A stretch of DNA of 64,000 bases from Eledone cirrhosa (lineage: Eukaryota), in contig OZ024740.1 in the NCBI GenBank assembly GCA_964016885.1, forward strand, positions 15,872,001 through 15,936,000, in the 5' to 3' direction. Both the position numbers and the translations under genes were made by a program. Of this stretch, positions 39,501 through 51,500 are shown in pieces. The notes under the pieces are model-generated. The model had not been told where the DNA came from, ran no database searches, and saw only the letters and a program-made list of their open reading frames with translations. Every line of letters starts with the position of its first letter. Position 1 is the stretch's first letter.

Positions 39501-42500
39501 AGCTAGACAGCAGAGGGTCTTCAGAGAAGAAACTCTCGGGAGAGCTGGACAGCAGATGGTCTTCAGCGAAGAAACTCTCAGAAGAGTTGGACAGCAGAAG
39601 GTCTTCAGAGAAGGAACTCTCAGGAGAGCTAGACAGCAGAAGGTCTTCAGAGAAGAAACTCTCAGAAGAGCTAGACAGCAGGTCTTCAGGGAAGAAACTC
39701 TCAGGAGAGCTGGACAGCAGAAGGTCTTCAGAGAAGAAACTCTCAGAAGAGCTAGACAGCAGGTCTTCAGGGAAGAAACTCTCAGGAGAGCTGGACAGCA
39801 GAAGGTCTTCAGAGAAGAAACTCTCGGGAGAGCTAGACAGCAGGTCTTCAGAGAAGAAACTCTCAGGAGAGCTGGACAGCAGAAGGTCTTCAGAGAAGAA
39901 ACTCTCAGGAGAGCTAGACAGCAGGTCTTCAGAGAAGAAACTCTCAGGAGAGCTGGACAGCAGAAGGTCTTCAGAGAAGAAACTCTCGGGAGAGCTGGAC
40001 AGCAGAAGGTCTTCAGAGAAGAAACTCTCAGGAGAGCTAGACAGCAGAAGGTCTTCAGAGAAGAAACTCTCAGGAGAGCTAGACAGCAGAAGGTCTTCAG
40101 AGAAGAAACTCTCAGGAGAGCTAGACAGCAGAGGGTCTTCAGAGAAGAAACTCTCGGGAGAGCTGGACAGCAGATGGTCTTCAGCGAAGAAACTCTCAGA
40201 AGAGTTGGACAGCAGAAGGTCTTCAGAGAAGAAACTCTCAGGAGAGCTAGACAGCAGAAGGTCTTCAGAGAAGAAACTCTCAGGAGAGTTGGACAGCAGA
40301 AGGTCTGCAGAGAAGAAACTCTCAGGAGAGCTGGACAGCAGAAGGTCTTCAGAGAAGAAACTCTCGGGAGAGCTGGACAGCAGAAGGTTTTCAGAAAAGA
40401 AACTCTCAGGAGAGCTAGACAGCAGAAGGTCTGCAGAGAAGAAACTCTCAGAAGAGCTAGACAGCAGGTCTTCAGAGAAGAAACTCTCGGGAGAGCTGGA
40501 CAGCAGAAGGTCTTCAGAGAAGAAACTCTCAGAAGAGCTAGACAGCAGAAAATGTTCAGAGAAGAAACTGTCAGGAGAGCTGGACAGCAGAAGGTCTTCA
40601 GAGAAGAAACTCTCAGGAGAGTGGGACAGCAGAAGGTCTTCAGAAAAGAAACTCTCAGGAGAGGTAGACAGCAGAAGGTCTTCAGAGAAGAAACTCTCAG
40701 GAGAGTTGGACAGCAGAAGGTCTGCAGAGAAGAAACTCTCAGGAGAGCTAGACAGCAGAAGGTCTTCAGAGAAGAAACTCTCAGGATAGCTGGACAGTAG
40801 AAGGTCTTCAGAGAAGAAACTCTCGGGAGAGCTGGACAGCAGAAGGTCTTCAGAGAAGAAACTGTCAGGAGAGCTGGACAGTAGATCTTCAGAGAAGAAA
40901 CTCTCGGGAGTGCTGAACAGCAGAAGGTCTTTAGAGAAGAAACTCTCAGAAGAGCTAGACAGCAGAAAATGTTAAGAGAAGAAACTGTCAGGAGAGCTGG
41001 ACAGCAGAAGGTCTTCAGAGAAGAAACTCTCAGGAGAGCTAGACAGCAGAAGGTCTTCAGAGAAGAAACTCTCAGGAGAGCTGGACAGCAGAAGGTCTTC
41101 AGAGAAGAAACTCTCAGGAGAGCTAGACAGCAGAAGGTCTTCAGAGAAGAAACTGTCAGGAGAGCTGGACAGCAGAAGGTCTTCAGAGAAGAAACTGTCA
41201 GGAGAGCTAGACAGCAGAAGGTCTTTAGAAGAAACTCTCAGGAGAGCTAGACAGCAGAAGGTCTTCAGGGAAGAAACTCTCAGGAGAGCTGGACAGCAGA
41301 AGGTCTTAACAGAAGAAACTCTCAGGAGAGCTGGACAGCAAAATGTCTTCAGAGAAGAAACTCTCTGGAGAGCTGGACAGCAGAAGGTCTTCAGAGAAGA
41401 AACTCTCAGGAGGGCTAGACAGCAGAAGGTCTTCAGGGAAGAAACTCTCAGGAGAGTTGGACAGCAGAAGGTCTTCAGAGAACAAACTCACGGGAGAGCT
41501 GGACAGCAGAAGGTCTTCAGAGATAAAGTCTCGGGAGAGCTGGACATCAGAAGGTCTTCAGAGAAGAAACTCTCGGGAGAGCTGGACAGCAGAAGGTCTT
41601 CAGAGAAGAAACTGTCAGGAGAGCTGGACAGTAGGTCTTCAGAGAAGAAACTCTTGGGAGTGCTGGACAGCAGAAGGTCTTTAGAGAAGAAACTCTCAGG
41701 AGAGCTAGACAGCAGGTCTTCAGAGAAGAAACTCTCAGGAGAGCTGGACAGCAGAAGGTCTTCAGAGAAGAAACTCTCAGGAGAGCTAGACAGCAGGTCT
41801 TCAGAGAAGAAACTCTCAGGAGAGCTGGACAGCAGAAGGTCTTCAGAGAAGAAACTCTCGGGAGAGCTGGACAGCAGAAGGTCTTCAGAGAAGAAACTCT
41901 CAGGAGAGCTAGACAGCAGAAGGTCTTCAGAGAAGAAACTCTCAGGAGAGCTAGACAGCAGAAGGTCTTCAGAGAAGAAACTCTCAGGAGAGCTAGACAG
42001 CAGAGGGTCTTCAGAGAAGAAACTCTCGGGAGAGCTGGACAGCAGATGGTCTTCAGCGAAGAAACTCTCAGAAGAGTTGGACAGCAGAAGGTCTTCAGAG
42101 AAGAAACTCTCAGGAGAGCTAGACAGCAGAAGGTCTTCAGAGAAGAAACTCTCAGGAGAGTTGGACAGCAGAAGGTCTGCAGAGAAGAAACTCTCAGGAG
42201 AGCTGGACAGCAGAAGGTCTTCAGAGAAGAAACTCTCGGGAGAGCTGGACAGCAGAAGGTCTTCAGAAAAGAAACTCTCAGGAGAGCTAGACAGCAGAAG
42301 GTCTGCAGAGAAGAAACTCTCAGAAGAGCTAGACAGCAGGTCTTCAGAGAAGAAACTCTCGGGAGAGCTGGACAGCAGAAGGTCTTCAGAGAAGAAACTC
42401 TCAGAAGAGCTAGACAGCAGAAAATGTTCAGAGAAGAAACTGTCAGGAGAGCTGGACAGCAGAAGGTCTTCAGAGAAGAAACTCTCAGGAGAGCTAGACA

Positions 42501-45500
42501 GCAGGTCTTCAGAGAAGAAACTCTCAGGAGAGCTGGACAGCAGAAGGTCTTCAGAGAAGAAACTCTCGGGAGTGCTGGACAGCAGAAGGTCTTCAGAGAA
42601 GAAATTTTCAGGAGAGCTAGACAGCAGAAGGTCTTCAGAGAAGAAACTCCCAGGAGAGCTAAACAGCAGAAGGTCTTCAGAGAAAAAACTCTCAGGAGAG
42701 CTAGACAGCAGAGGGTCTTCAGAGAAGAAACTTTCAGGAGAGCTGGAAAGCAGAAGGTCTTCAGCGAAGAAACTCTCAGAAGAGTTGGACAGCAGAAGGT
42801 CTTTAGAGAAGAAACTCTCAGGAGAGCTAGACAGCAGAAGGTCTTCAGAGAAGAAACTCTCAGAAGAGCTAGACAGCAGGTCTTCAGAGAAGAAACTCTC
42901 GGGAGAGCTGGACAGCAGAAGGTCTTCAGAGAAGAAACTCTCGGGAGAGCTGGACAGCATAAGGTCTTCAGAAAAGAAACTCTCAGGAGAGCTAGACAGC
43001 AGAAGGTCTTCAGAGAAGAAACTCTCAGGAGAGCTAGACAGCAGAAGGTCTTCAGAGAAGAAACTGTCAGGAGAGCTGGACAGCAGAAGGTCTTCAGAGA
43101 AGAAACTGTCAGGAGAGCTAGACAGCAGAAGGTCTTTAGAAGAAACTCTCAGGAGAGCTAGACAGCAGCAGGTCTTCAGAGAAGAAACTCTCAGGAGAGC
43201 TGGACAGCAGAAGGTCTTAACAGAAGAAACTCTCAGGAGAGCTGGACAGCAAAATGTCTTCAGAGAAGAAACTCTCAGGAGAGCTGGACAGCAGAAGGTC
43301 TTCAGAGAAGAAATTCTCAGGAGAGCTAGACAGCAGAAGGTCTTCAGAGAATAAACTGTCAGGAGAGTTGGACAGCAGAAGGTCTTCAGAGAACAAACTC
43401 ACGGGAGAGCTGGACAGCAGAAGGTCTTCAGAGATAAACTCTCGGGAGAGCTGGACATCAGAAGGTCTTCAGAGAAGAAATTCTCAGGAGAGCTAGACAG
43501 CAGAAGGTCTTCAGAGAATAAACTGTCAGGAGAGTTGGACAGCAGAAGGTCTTCAGAAAAGAAACTCTCAGGAGAGCTAGACAGCAGAAGGTCTTCAGAG
43601 AAGAAACTCTCAGGAGAGTTGGATAGCAGAAGGTCTGCAGAGAAGAAACTCTCAGGAGAGCTAGACAGCAGAAGGTCTTCAGAGAAGAAACTCTCAGGAT
43701 AGCTGGACAGTAGAAGGTCTTCAGAGAAGAAACTCTCGGGAGAGCTGGACAGCAGAAGGTCTTCAGAGAAGAAACTCTCAGGAGAGCTAGACAGCAGAAG
43801 GTCTTCAGAGAAGAAACTCTCAGGAGAGCTAGACAGCAGAGGGTCTTCAGAGAAGAAACTCTCGGGAGAGCTGAACAGCAGATGGTCTTCAGCGAAGAAA
43901 CTCTCAGGAGAGCTAGACAGCAGAAGGTCTTCAGAGAAGAAACTCTCAGGAGAGCTAGACAGCAGAGGGTCTTCAGAGAAGAAACTCTCGGGAGAGCTGG
44001 ACAGCAGATGGTCTTCAGCGAAGAAACTCTCAGAAGAGTTGGACAGCAGAAGGTCTTCAGAGAAGGAACTCTCAGGAGAGCTAGACAGCAGAAGGTCTTC
44101 AGAGAAGAAACTCTCAGAAGAGCTAGACAGCAGGTCTTCAGGGAAGAAACTCTCAGGAGAGCTGGACAGCAGAAGGTCTTCAGAGAAGAAACTCTCGGGA
44201 GAGCTAGACAGCAGGTCTTCAGAGAAGAAACTCTCAGGAGAGCTGGACAGCAGAAGGTCTTCAGAGAAGAAACTCTCAGGAGAGCTAGACAGCAGGTCTT
44301 CAGAGAAGAAACTCTCAGGAGAGCTGGACAGCAGAAGGTCTTCAGAGAAGAAACTCTCGGGAGAGCTGGACAGCAGAAGGTCTTCAGAGAAGAAACTCTC
44401 AGGAGAGCTAGACAGCAGAAGGTCTTCAGAGAAGAAACTCTCAGGAGAGCTAGACAGCAGAAGGTCTTCAGAGAAGAAACTCTCAGGAGAGCTAGACAGC
44501 AGAGGGTCTTCAGAGAAGAAACTCTCGGGAGAGCTGGACAGCAGATGGTCTTCAGCGAAGAAACTCTCAGAAGAGTTGGACAGCAGAAGGTCTTCAGAGA
44601 AGAAACTCTCAGGAGAGCTAGACAGCAGAAGGTCTTCAGAGAAGAAACTCTCAGGAGAGTTGGACAGCAGAAGGTCTGCAGAGAAGAAACTCTCAGGAGA
44701 GCTGGACAGCAGAAGGTCTTCAGAGAAGAAACTCTCGGGAGAGCTGGACAGCAGAAGGTCTTCAGAAAAGAAACTCTCAGGAGAGCTAGACAGCAGAAGG
44801 TCTGCAGAGAAGAAACTCTCAGAAGAGCTAGACAGCAGGTCTTCAGAGAAGAAACTCTCGGGAGAGCTGGACAGCAGAAGGTCTTCAGAGAAGAAACTCT
44901 CAGAAGAGCTAGACAGCAGAAAATGTTCAGAGAAGAAACTGTCAGGAGAGCTGGACAGCAGAAGGTCTTCAGAGAAGAAACTCTCAGGAGAGCTAGACAG
45001 CAGGTCTTCAGAGAAGAAACTCTCAGGAGAGCTGGACAGCAGAAGGTCTTCAGATAAGAAACTCTCGGGAGTGCTGGACAGCAGAAGGTCTTCAGAGAAG
45101 AAATTTTCAGGAGAGCTAGACAGCAGAAGGTCTTCAGAGAAGAAACTCTCGGGAGAGCTAAACAGCAGAAGGTCTTCAGAGAAAAAACTCTCAGGAGAGC
45201 TAGACAGCAGAGGGTCTTCAGAGAAGAAACTTTCAGGAGAGCTGGACAGCAGAAGGTCTTCAGCGAAGAAACTCTCAGAAGAGTTGGACAGCAGAAGGTC
45301 TTTAGAGAAGAAACTCTCAGGAGAGCTAGACAGCAGAAGGTCTTCAGAGAAGAAACTCTCAGAAGAGCTAGACAGCAGGTCTTCAGAGAAGAAACTCTCG
45401 GGAGAGCTGGACAGCAGAAGGTCTTCAGAGAAGAAACTCTCGGGAGAGCTGGACAGCATAAGGTCTTCAGAAAAGAAACTCTCAGGAGAGCTAGACAGCA

Positions 45501-48500
45501 GAAGGTCTTCAGAGAAGAAACTCTCAGGAGAGCTAGACAGCAGAAGGTCTTCAGAGAAGAAACTGTCAGGAGAGCTGGACAGCAGAAGGTCTTCAGAGAA
45601 GAAACTGTCAGGAGAGCTAGACAGCAGAAGGTCTTTAGAAGAAACTCTCAGGAGAGCTAGACAGCAGCAGGTCTTCAGAGAAGAAACTCTCAGGAGAGCT
45701 GGACAGCAGAAGGTCTTAACAGAAGAAACTCTCAGGAGAGCTGGACAGCAAAATGTCTTCAGAGAAGAAACTCTCAGGAGAGCTGGACAGCAGAAGGTCT
45801 TCAGAGAAGAAATTCTCAGGAGAGCTAGACAGCAGAAGGTCTTCAGAGAATAAACTGTCAGGAGAGTTGGACAGCAGAAGGTCTTCAGAGAACAAACTCA
45901 CGGGAGAGCTGGACAGCAGAAGGTCTTCAGAGATAAACTCTCGGGAGAGCTGGACATCAGAAGGTCTTCAGAGAAGAAATTCTCAGGAGAGCTAGACAGC
46001 AGAAGGTCTTCAGAGAATAAACTGTCAGGAGAGTTGGACAGCAGAAGGTCTTCAGAAAAGAAACTCTCAGGAGAGCTAGACAGCAGAAGGTCTTCAGAGA
46101 AGAAACTCTCAGGAGAGTTGGACAGCAGAAGGTCTGCAGAGAAGAAACTCTCAGGAGAGCTAGACAGCAGAAGGTCTTCAGAGAAGAAACTCTCAGGATA
46201 GCTGGACAGTAGAAGGTCTTCAGAGAAGAAACTCTCGGGAGAGCTGGACAGCAGAAGGTCTTCAGAGAAGAAACTCTCAGGAGAGCTAGACAGCAGAGGG
46301 TCTTCAGAGAAGAAACTCTCGGGAGAGCTGGACAGCAGATGGTCTTCAGCGAAGAAAGTCTCAGGATAGCTGGACAGTAGAAGGTCTTCAGAGAAGAAAC
46401 TCTCGGGAGAGCTGGACAGCAGAAGGTCTTCAGAGAAGAAACTCTCAGGAGAGCTAGACAGCAGAGGGTCTTCAGAGAAGAAACTCTCGGGAGAGCTGAA
46501 CAGCAGATGGTCTTCAGCGAAGAAACTCTCAGGAGAGCTAGACAGCAGAAGGTCTTCAGAGAAGAAACTCTCAGGAGAGCTAGACAGCAGAGGGTCTTCA
46601 GAGAAGAAACTCTCGGGAGAGCTGGACAGCAGATGGTCTTCAGCGAAGAAACTCTCAGAAGAGTTGGACAGCAGAAGGTCTTCAGAGAAGGAACTCTCAG
46701 GAGAGCTAGACAGCAGAAGGTCTTCAGAGAAGAAACTCTCAGAAGAGCTAGACAGCAGGTCTTCAGGGAAGAAACTCTCAGGAGAGCTGGACAGCAGAAG
46801 GTCTTCAGAGAAGAAGCTCTCGGGAGAGTTGGACAGCAGAAGGTCTTCATAGAAGAAACTCTCAGGAGAGCTAGACAGCAGAAGGTCTTCAGAGAAGAAA
46901 GTCTCAGGAGAGCTGGACAGCAGAAGGTCTTCAGAGAAGAAACTCTCAGGAGAGCTGGATAGCAGAAGGTCTTCAGCGAAGAAACTCTCGGGAGAGCTGG
47001 ACAGCAGAAGGTCTTTAGAGAAGAAACTCTCAGGAGAGCTAGACAGCAGAAGGTGTTCAGAGAAGAAACTCTCAAGAGAGTTGGACAGCAGAAGGTCTTC
47101 AGAGAACAAACTCTCGGGAGAGCTGGACAGCAGAAGGTCTTCAGAGATAAACTCTCGGGAGAGCTGGACATCAGAAGGTCTTCAGAGAAGAAACTCTCGG
47201 GAGAGCTGGATAGCAGAAGGTCTTCAGAGAAGAAACTCTCGGGAGAGCTGGACAGCAGAAGGTCTTCAGAGAAGAAACTCTCGGTAGAGCTGGACAGCAG
47301 AAGGTCTTCAGAGAAGAAAATGTCAGAAGAGCTGGACAGTAGGTCTTCAGAGAAGAAACTCTCGGGAGTGCTGGACAGCAGAAGGTCTTCAGAAAAGAAA
47401 CTCTCAGGAGAGCTAGACAGCAGAAGGTCTTCAGAGAAGAAACTCTCAGGAGAGTTGGACAGCAGAAGGTCTGCAGAGAATAAACTCTCAGGAGAGCTGG
47501 ACAGCAGAAGGTCTTTAGAGAAGAAACTGTCAGGAGAGCTGGACAGCAGAAGGTCTTAGAGAAGAAACTGTCAGGAGAGCTGGACAGTAGAAGGTCTTTA
47601 GAGAAGAAACTCTCAGGAGAGCTGGTCAGTAGAAGGTCTTCAGAGAAGAAACTGTCAGGAGAGCTGGACAGCAGATGGTCTTCAGCAAAGAAACTCTCAG
47701 AAGAGTTGGACAGCAGAAGGTCTTCAGAGAACAAACTCTCAAGAGAGCTAGACAGCAGAAGGTCTTCAGAGAAGAAACTCTCAGAAGAGCTAGACAGCAG
47801 GTCTTCAGAGAAGAAACTCTCGGGAGAGCTGGAAATCAGAAGGTCTTCAGAAAAGAAACTCTCGGGAGAGCTAGACAGCAGAAGGTCTTCAGAAAAGAAA
47901 CTCTCAGGAGAGCTAGACAGCAGAAGGTCTTCAGAGAAGAAACTCTCAGGAGAGTTGGACAGCAGAAGGTCTGCAGAGAAGAAACTCTCAGGAGAGCTAG
48001 ATAGCAGAAGGTCTTCAGAGAAGAAACTCTCAGGATAGCTGGACAGTAGAAGGTCTTCAGAGAAGAAACTCTCGGGAGAGCTGGACAGCAGAAGGTCTTC
48101 AGAGAAGAAACTCTAAGGAGAGCTAGACAGCAGAACGTCTTCAGAGAAGAAACTCTCAGGAGAGCTAGACAGCAGAGGGTCTTCAGAGAAGAAACTCTCG
48201 GGAGAGCTGAACAGCAGATGGTCTTCAGCGAAGAAACTCTCAGGAGAGCTAGACAGCTGTAGGTCTTCAGAGAGGAAACTCTCAGGAGAGCTAGACAGCA
48301 GAGGGTCTTCAGAGAAGAAAATCTCAGAAGAGCTAGACAGCAGGTCTTCAGGGAAGAAACTCTCGGGAGAGCTGGACAGCAGAAGGCCTTCAGAGAAGAA
48401 ACTCTCAGAAGAGCTAGACAGCAGAAAGTGTTCAGAGGAGAAACTGTCAGGAGAGCTGGACAGCAGAAGGTCTTCAGAGAAGAAACTCTCAGGAGAGCTA

Positions 48501-51500
48501 GACAGCAGGTCTTCAGAGAAGAAACTCTCAGGACAGCTGGACAGCAGAAGGTCTTCAGAGACGAAACTCTCGGGAGAGCTGGACAGCAGAAGGTCTTCAG
48601 AGAAGAAACTCTCAGGAGAGCTAGACAGCAGAAGGTCTTCAGAGAAGAAACTCTCAGGAGAGCTAGACAGCAGAAGGTCTTCAGAGAAGAAACTCTCAGG
48701 AGAGCTAGACAGCAGTGGGTCTTCAGAGAAAAAAACTCTCGGAAGAGCTGGACAGCAGATGGTCTTCAGCTAAGAAACTCTCAGAAGAGTTGGACAGCAG
48801 AAGGTCTTCAGAGAAGAAACTCTCAGGAGAGCTAGACAGCAGAAGGTCTTCAGAGAAGAAAGTCTCAGGAGAGCTGGACAGCAGAAGGTGTTCAGAGAAG
48901 AAACTCTCGGGAGAGCTGGACAGCATAAGGTCTTCAGAAAAGAAACTCTCAGAAGAGCTAGACAGCAGATCTTCAGAGAAGAAACTCTAGGGAGAGCTGG
49001 ACAGCTGGACAGCAGAAGGTCTTCATAGAAGAAACTCTCAGGAGAGCTGGACAGCAGAAGGTGTTCAGAGAAGAAACTCTCGGGAGAGCTGGACAGCATA
49101 AGGTCTTCAGAAAAGAAACTCTCAGGAGAGCTAGACAGCAGAAGGTCTTCAGAGAAGAAACTCTCAGGAGAGCTAGACAGCAGTAGGTCTTTAGAGAAGA
49201 AATTTTCAGGAGAGCTAGACAGCAGAAGGTCTTCAGAAAAGAAACTCTCAGGAGAGCTAGACAGCAGAAGGTCTTCAGAGAAGAAACTCTCAGGAGAGTT
49301 GGACAGCAGAAGGTCTGCAGAGAAGAAACTCTCAGGAGAGCTAGATAGCAGAAGGTCTTCAGAGAAGAAACTCTCAGGATAGCTGGACAGTAGAAGGTCT
49401 TCAGAGAAGAAACTCTCGGGAGAGCTGGACAGCAGAAGGTCTTCAGAGAAGAAACTCTAAGGAGAGCTAGACAGCAGAACGTCTTCAGAGAAGAAACTCT
49501 CAGGAGAGCTAGACAGCAGAGGGTCTTCAGAGAAGAAACTCTCGGGAGAGCTGAACAGCAGATGGTCTTCAGCGAAGAAACTCTCAGGAGAGCTAGACAG
49601 CTGTAGGTCTTCAGAGAGGAAACTCTCAGGAGAGCTAGACAGCAGAGGGTCTTCAGAGAAGAAAATCTCAGAAGAGCTAGACAGCAGGTCTTCAGGGAAG
49701 AAACTCTCGGGAGAGCTGGACAGCAGAAGGCCTTCAGAGAAGAAACTCTCAGAAGAGCTAGACAGCAGAAAGTGTTCAGAGGAGAAACTGTCAGGAGAGC
49801 TGGACAGCAGAAGGTCTTCAGAGAAGAAACTCTCAGGAGAGCTAGACAGCAGGTCTTCAGAGAAGAAACTCTCAGGACAGCTGGACAGCAGAAGGTCTTC
49901 AGAGACGAAACTCTCGGGAGAGCTGGACAGCAGAAGGTCTTCAGAGAAGAAACTCTCAGGAGAGCTAGACAGCAGAAGGTCTTCAGAGAAGAAACTCTCA
50001 GGAGAGCTAGACAGCAGAAGGTCTTCAGAGAAGAAACTCTCAGGAGAGCTAGACAGCAGTGGGTCTTCAGAGAAAAAAACTCTCGGAAGAGCTGGACAGC
50101 AGATGGTCTTCAGCTAAGAAACTCTCAGAAGAGTTGGACAGCAGAAGGTCTTCAGAGAAGAAACTCTCAGGAGAGCTAGACAGCAGAAGGTCTTCAGAGA
50201 AGAAAGTCTCAGGAGAGCTGGACAGCAGAAGGTGTTCAGAGAAGAAACTCTCGGGAGAGCTGGACAGCATAAGGTCTTCAGAAAAGAAACTCTCAGAAGA
50301 GCTAGACAGCAGATCTTCAGAGAAGAAACTCTAGGGAGAGCTGGACAGCTGGACAGCAGAAGGTCTTCATAGAAGAAACTCTCAGGAGAGCTGGACAGCA
50401 GAAGGTGTTCAGAGAAGAAACTCTCGGGAGAGCTGGACAGCATAAGGTCTTCAGAAAAGAAACTCTCAGGAGAGCTAGACAGCAGAAGGTCTTCAGAGAA
50501 GAAACTCTCAGGAGAGCTAGACAGCAGTAGGTCTTTAGAGAAGAAATTTTCAGGAGAGCTAGACAGCAGAAGGTCTTCAGAGAAGAAACTCTCAGGATAG
50601 CTAGACAGCAGAAGGTCTTCAGAGAAGAAAGTCTCGGGAGAGCTGGACAGCAGAAGGTCTTCAGAGAAGAAACTGTCAGGAGAGCTGGACAGCAGATGGT
50701 CTTCAGCAAAGAAACTCTCAGAAGAGTTGGACAGCAGAAGGTCTTCAGAGAAGAAACTCTCAAGAGAGCTAGACAGCAGAAGGTCTTCAGAGAAGAAACT
50801 CTCAGAAGAGCTAGACAGCAGGTCTTCAGAGAAGAAACTCTCGGGAGAGCTGGACAGCAGAAGGTCTTCAGAGAAGAAACTCTCGGGAGAGCTAGACAGC
50901 AGAAGGTCTTCAGAAAAGAAACTCTTAGGTGAGCTAGACAGCAGAAGGTCTTCAGAGAAGAAACTCTCAGGAGAGTTGGACAGCAGAAGGTCTGCAGAGA
51001 AGAAACTCTCAGGAGAGCTGGACAGCAGAAGGTCTTCAGAGAAGAAACTCTCAGGAGAGCTGGACAGCAGAAGGTCTTCAGAAGAGAAACTCTCAGGAGA
51101 GCTAGACAGCAGAATGTCTTCAGAGAAGAAACTCTCAGGAGAGCTAGACAGCAGAAGGTCTTTAGAGAAGAAACTTTCAGGAGAGCTAGACAGCAGAAGG
51201 TCTTAAGAGAAGAAACTCTCAGGAGAGCTGGACAGCAGAAGGTCTTCAGAGAAGAAGCTCTCGGGAGAGTTGGACAGCAGAAGGTCTTCAGAGAAGAAAC
51301 TCTCAGGAGAGCTAGACAGCAGAAGGTCTTCAGAGAAGAAAGTCTCAGGAGAGCTGGACAGCAGAAGGTATTCAGAGAAGAAACTCTCAGGAGAGCTGGA
51401 TAGCAGAAGGTCTTCAGAGAAGAAACTCTCGGGAGAGTTGGACAGCAGAAGGTCTTTAGAGAAGAAACTCTCAGGAGAGCTAGACAGCAGAAGGTGTTCA

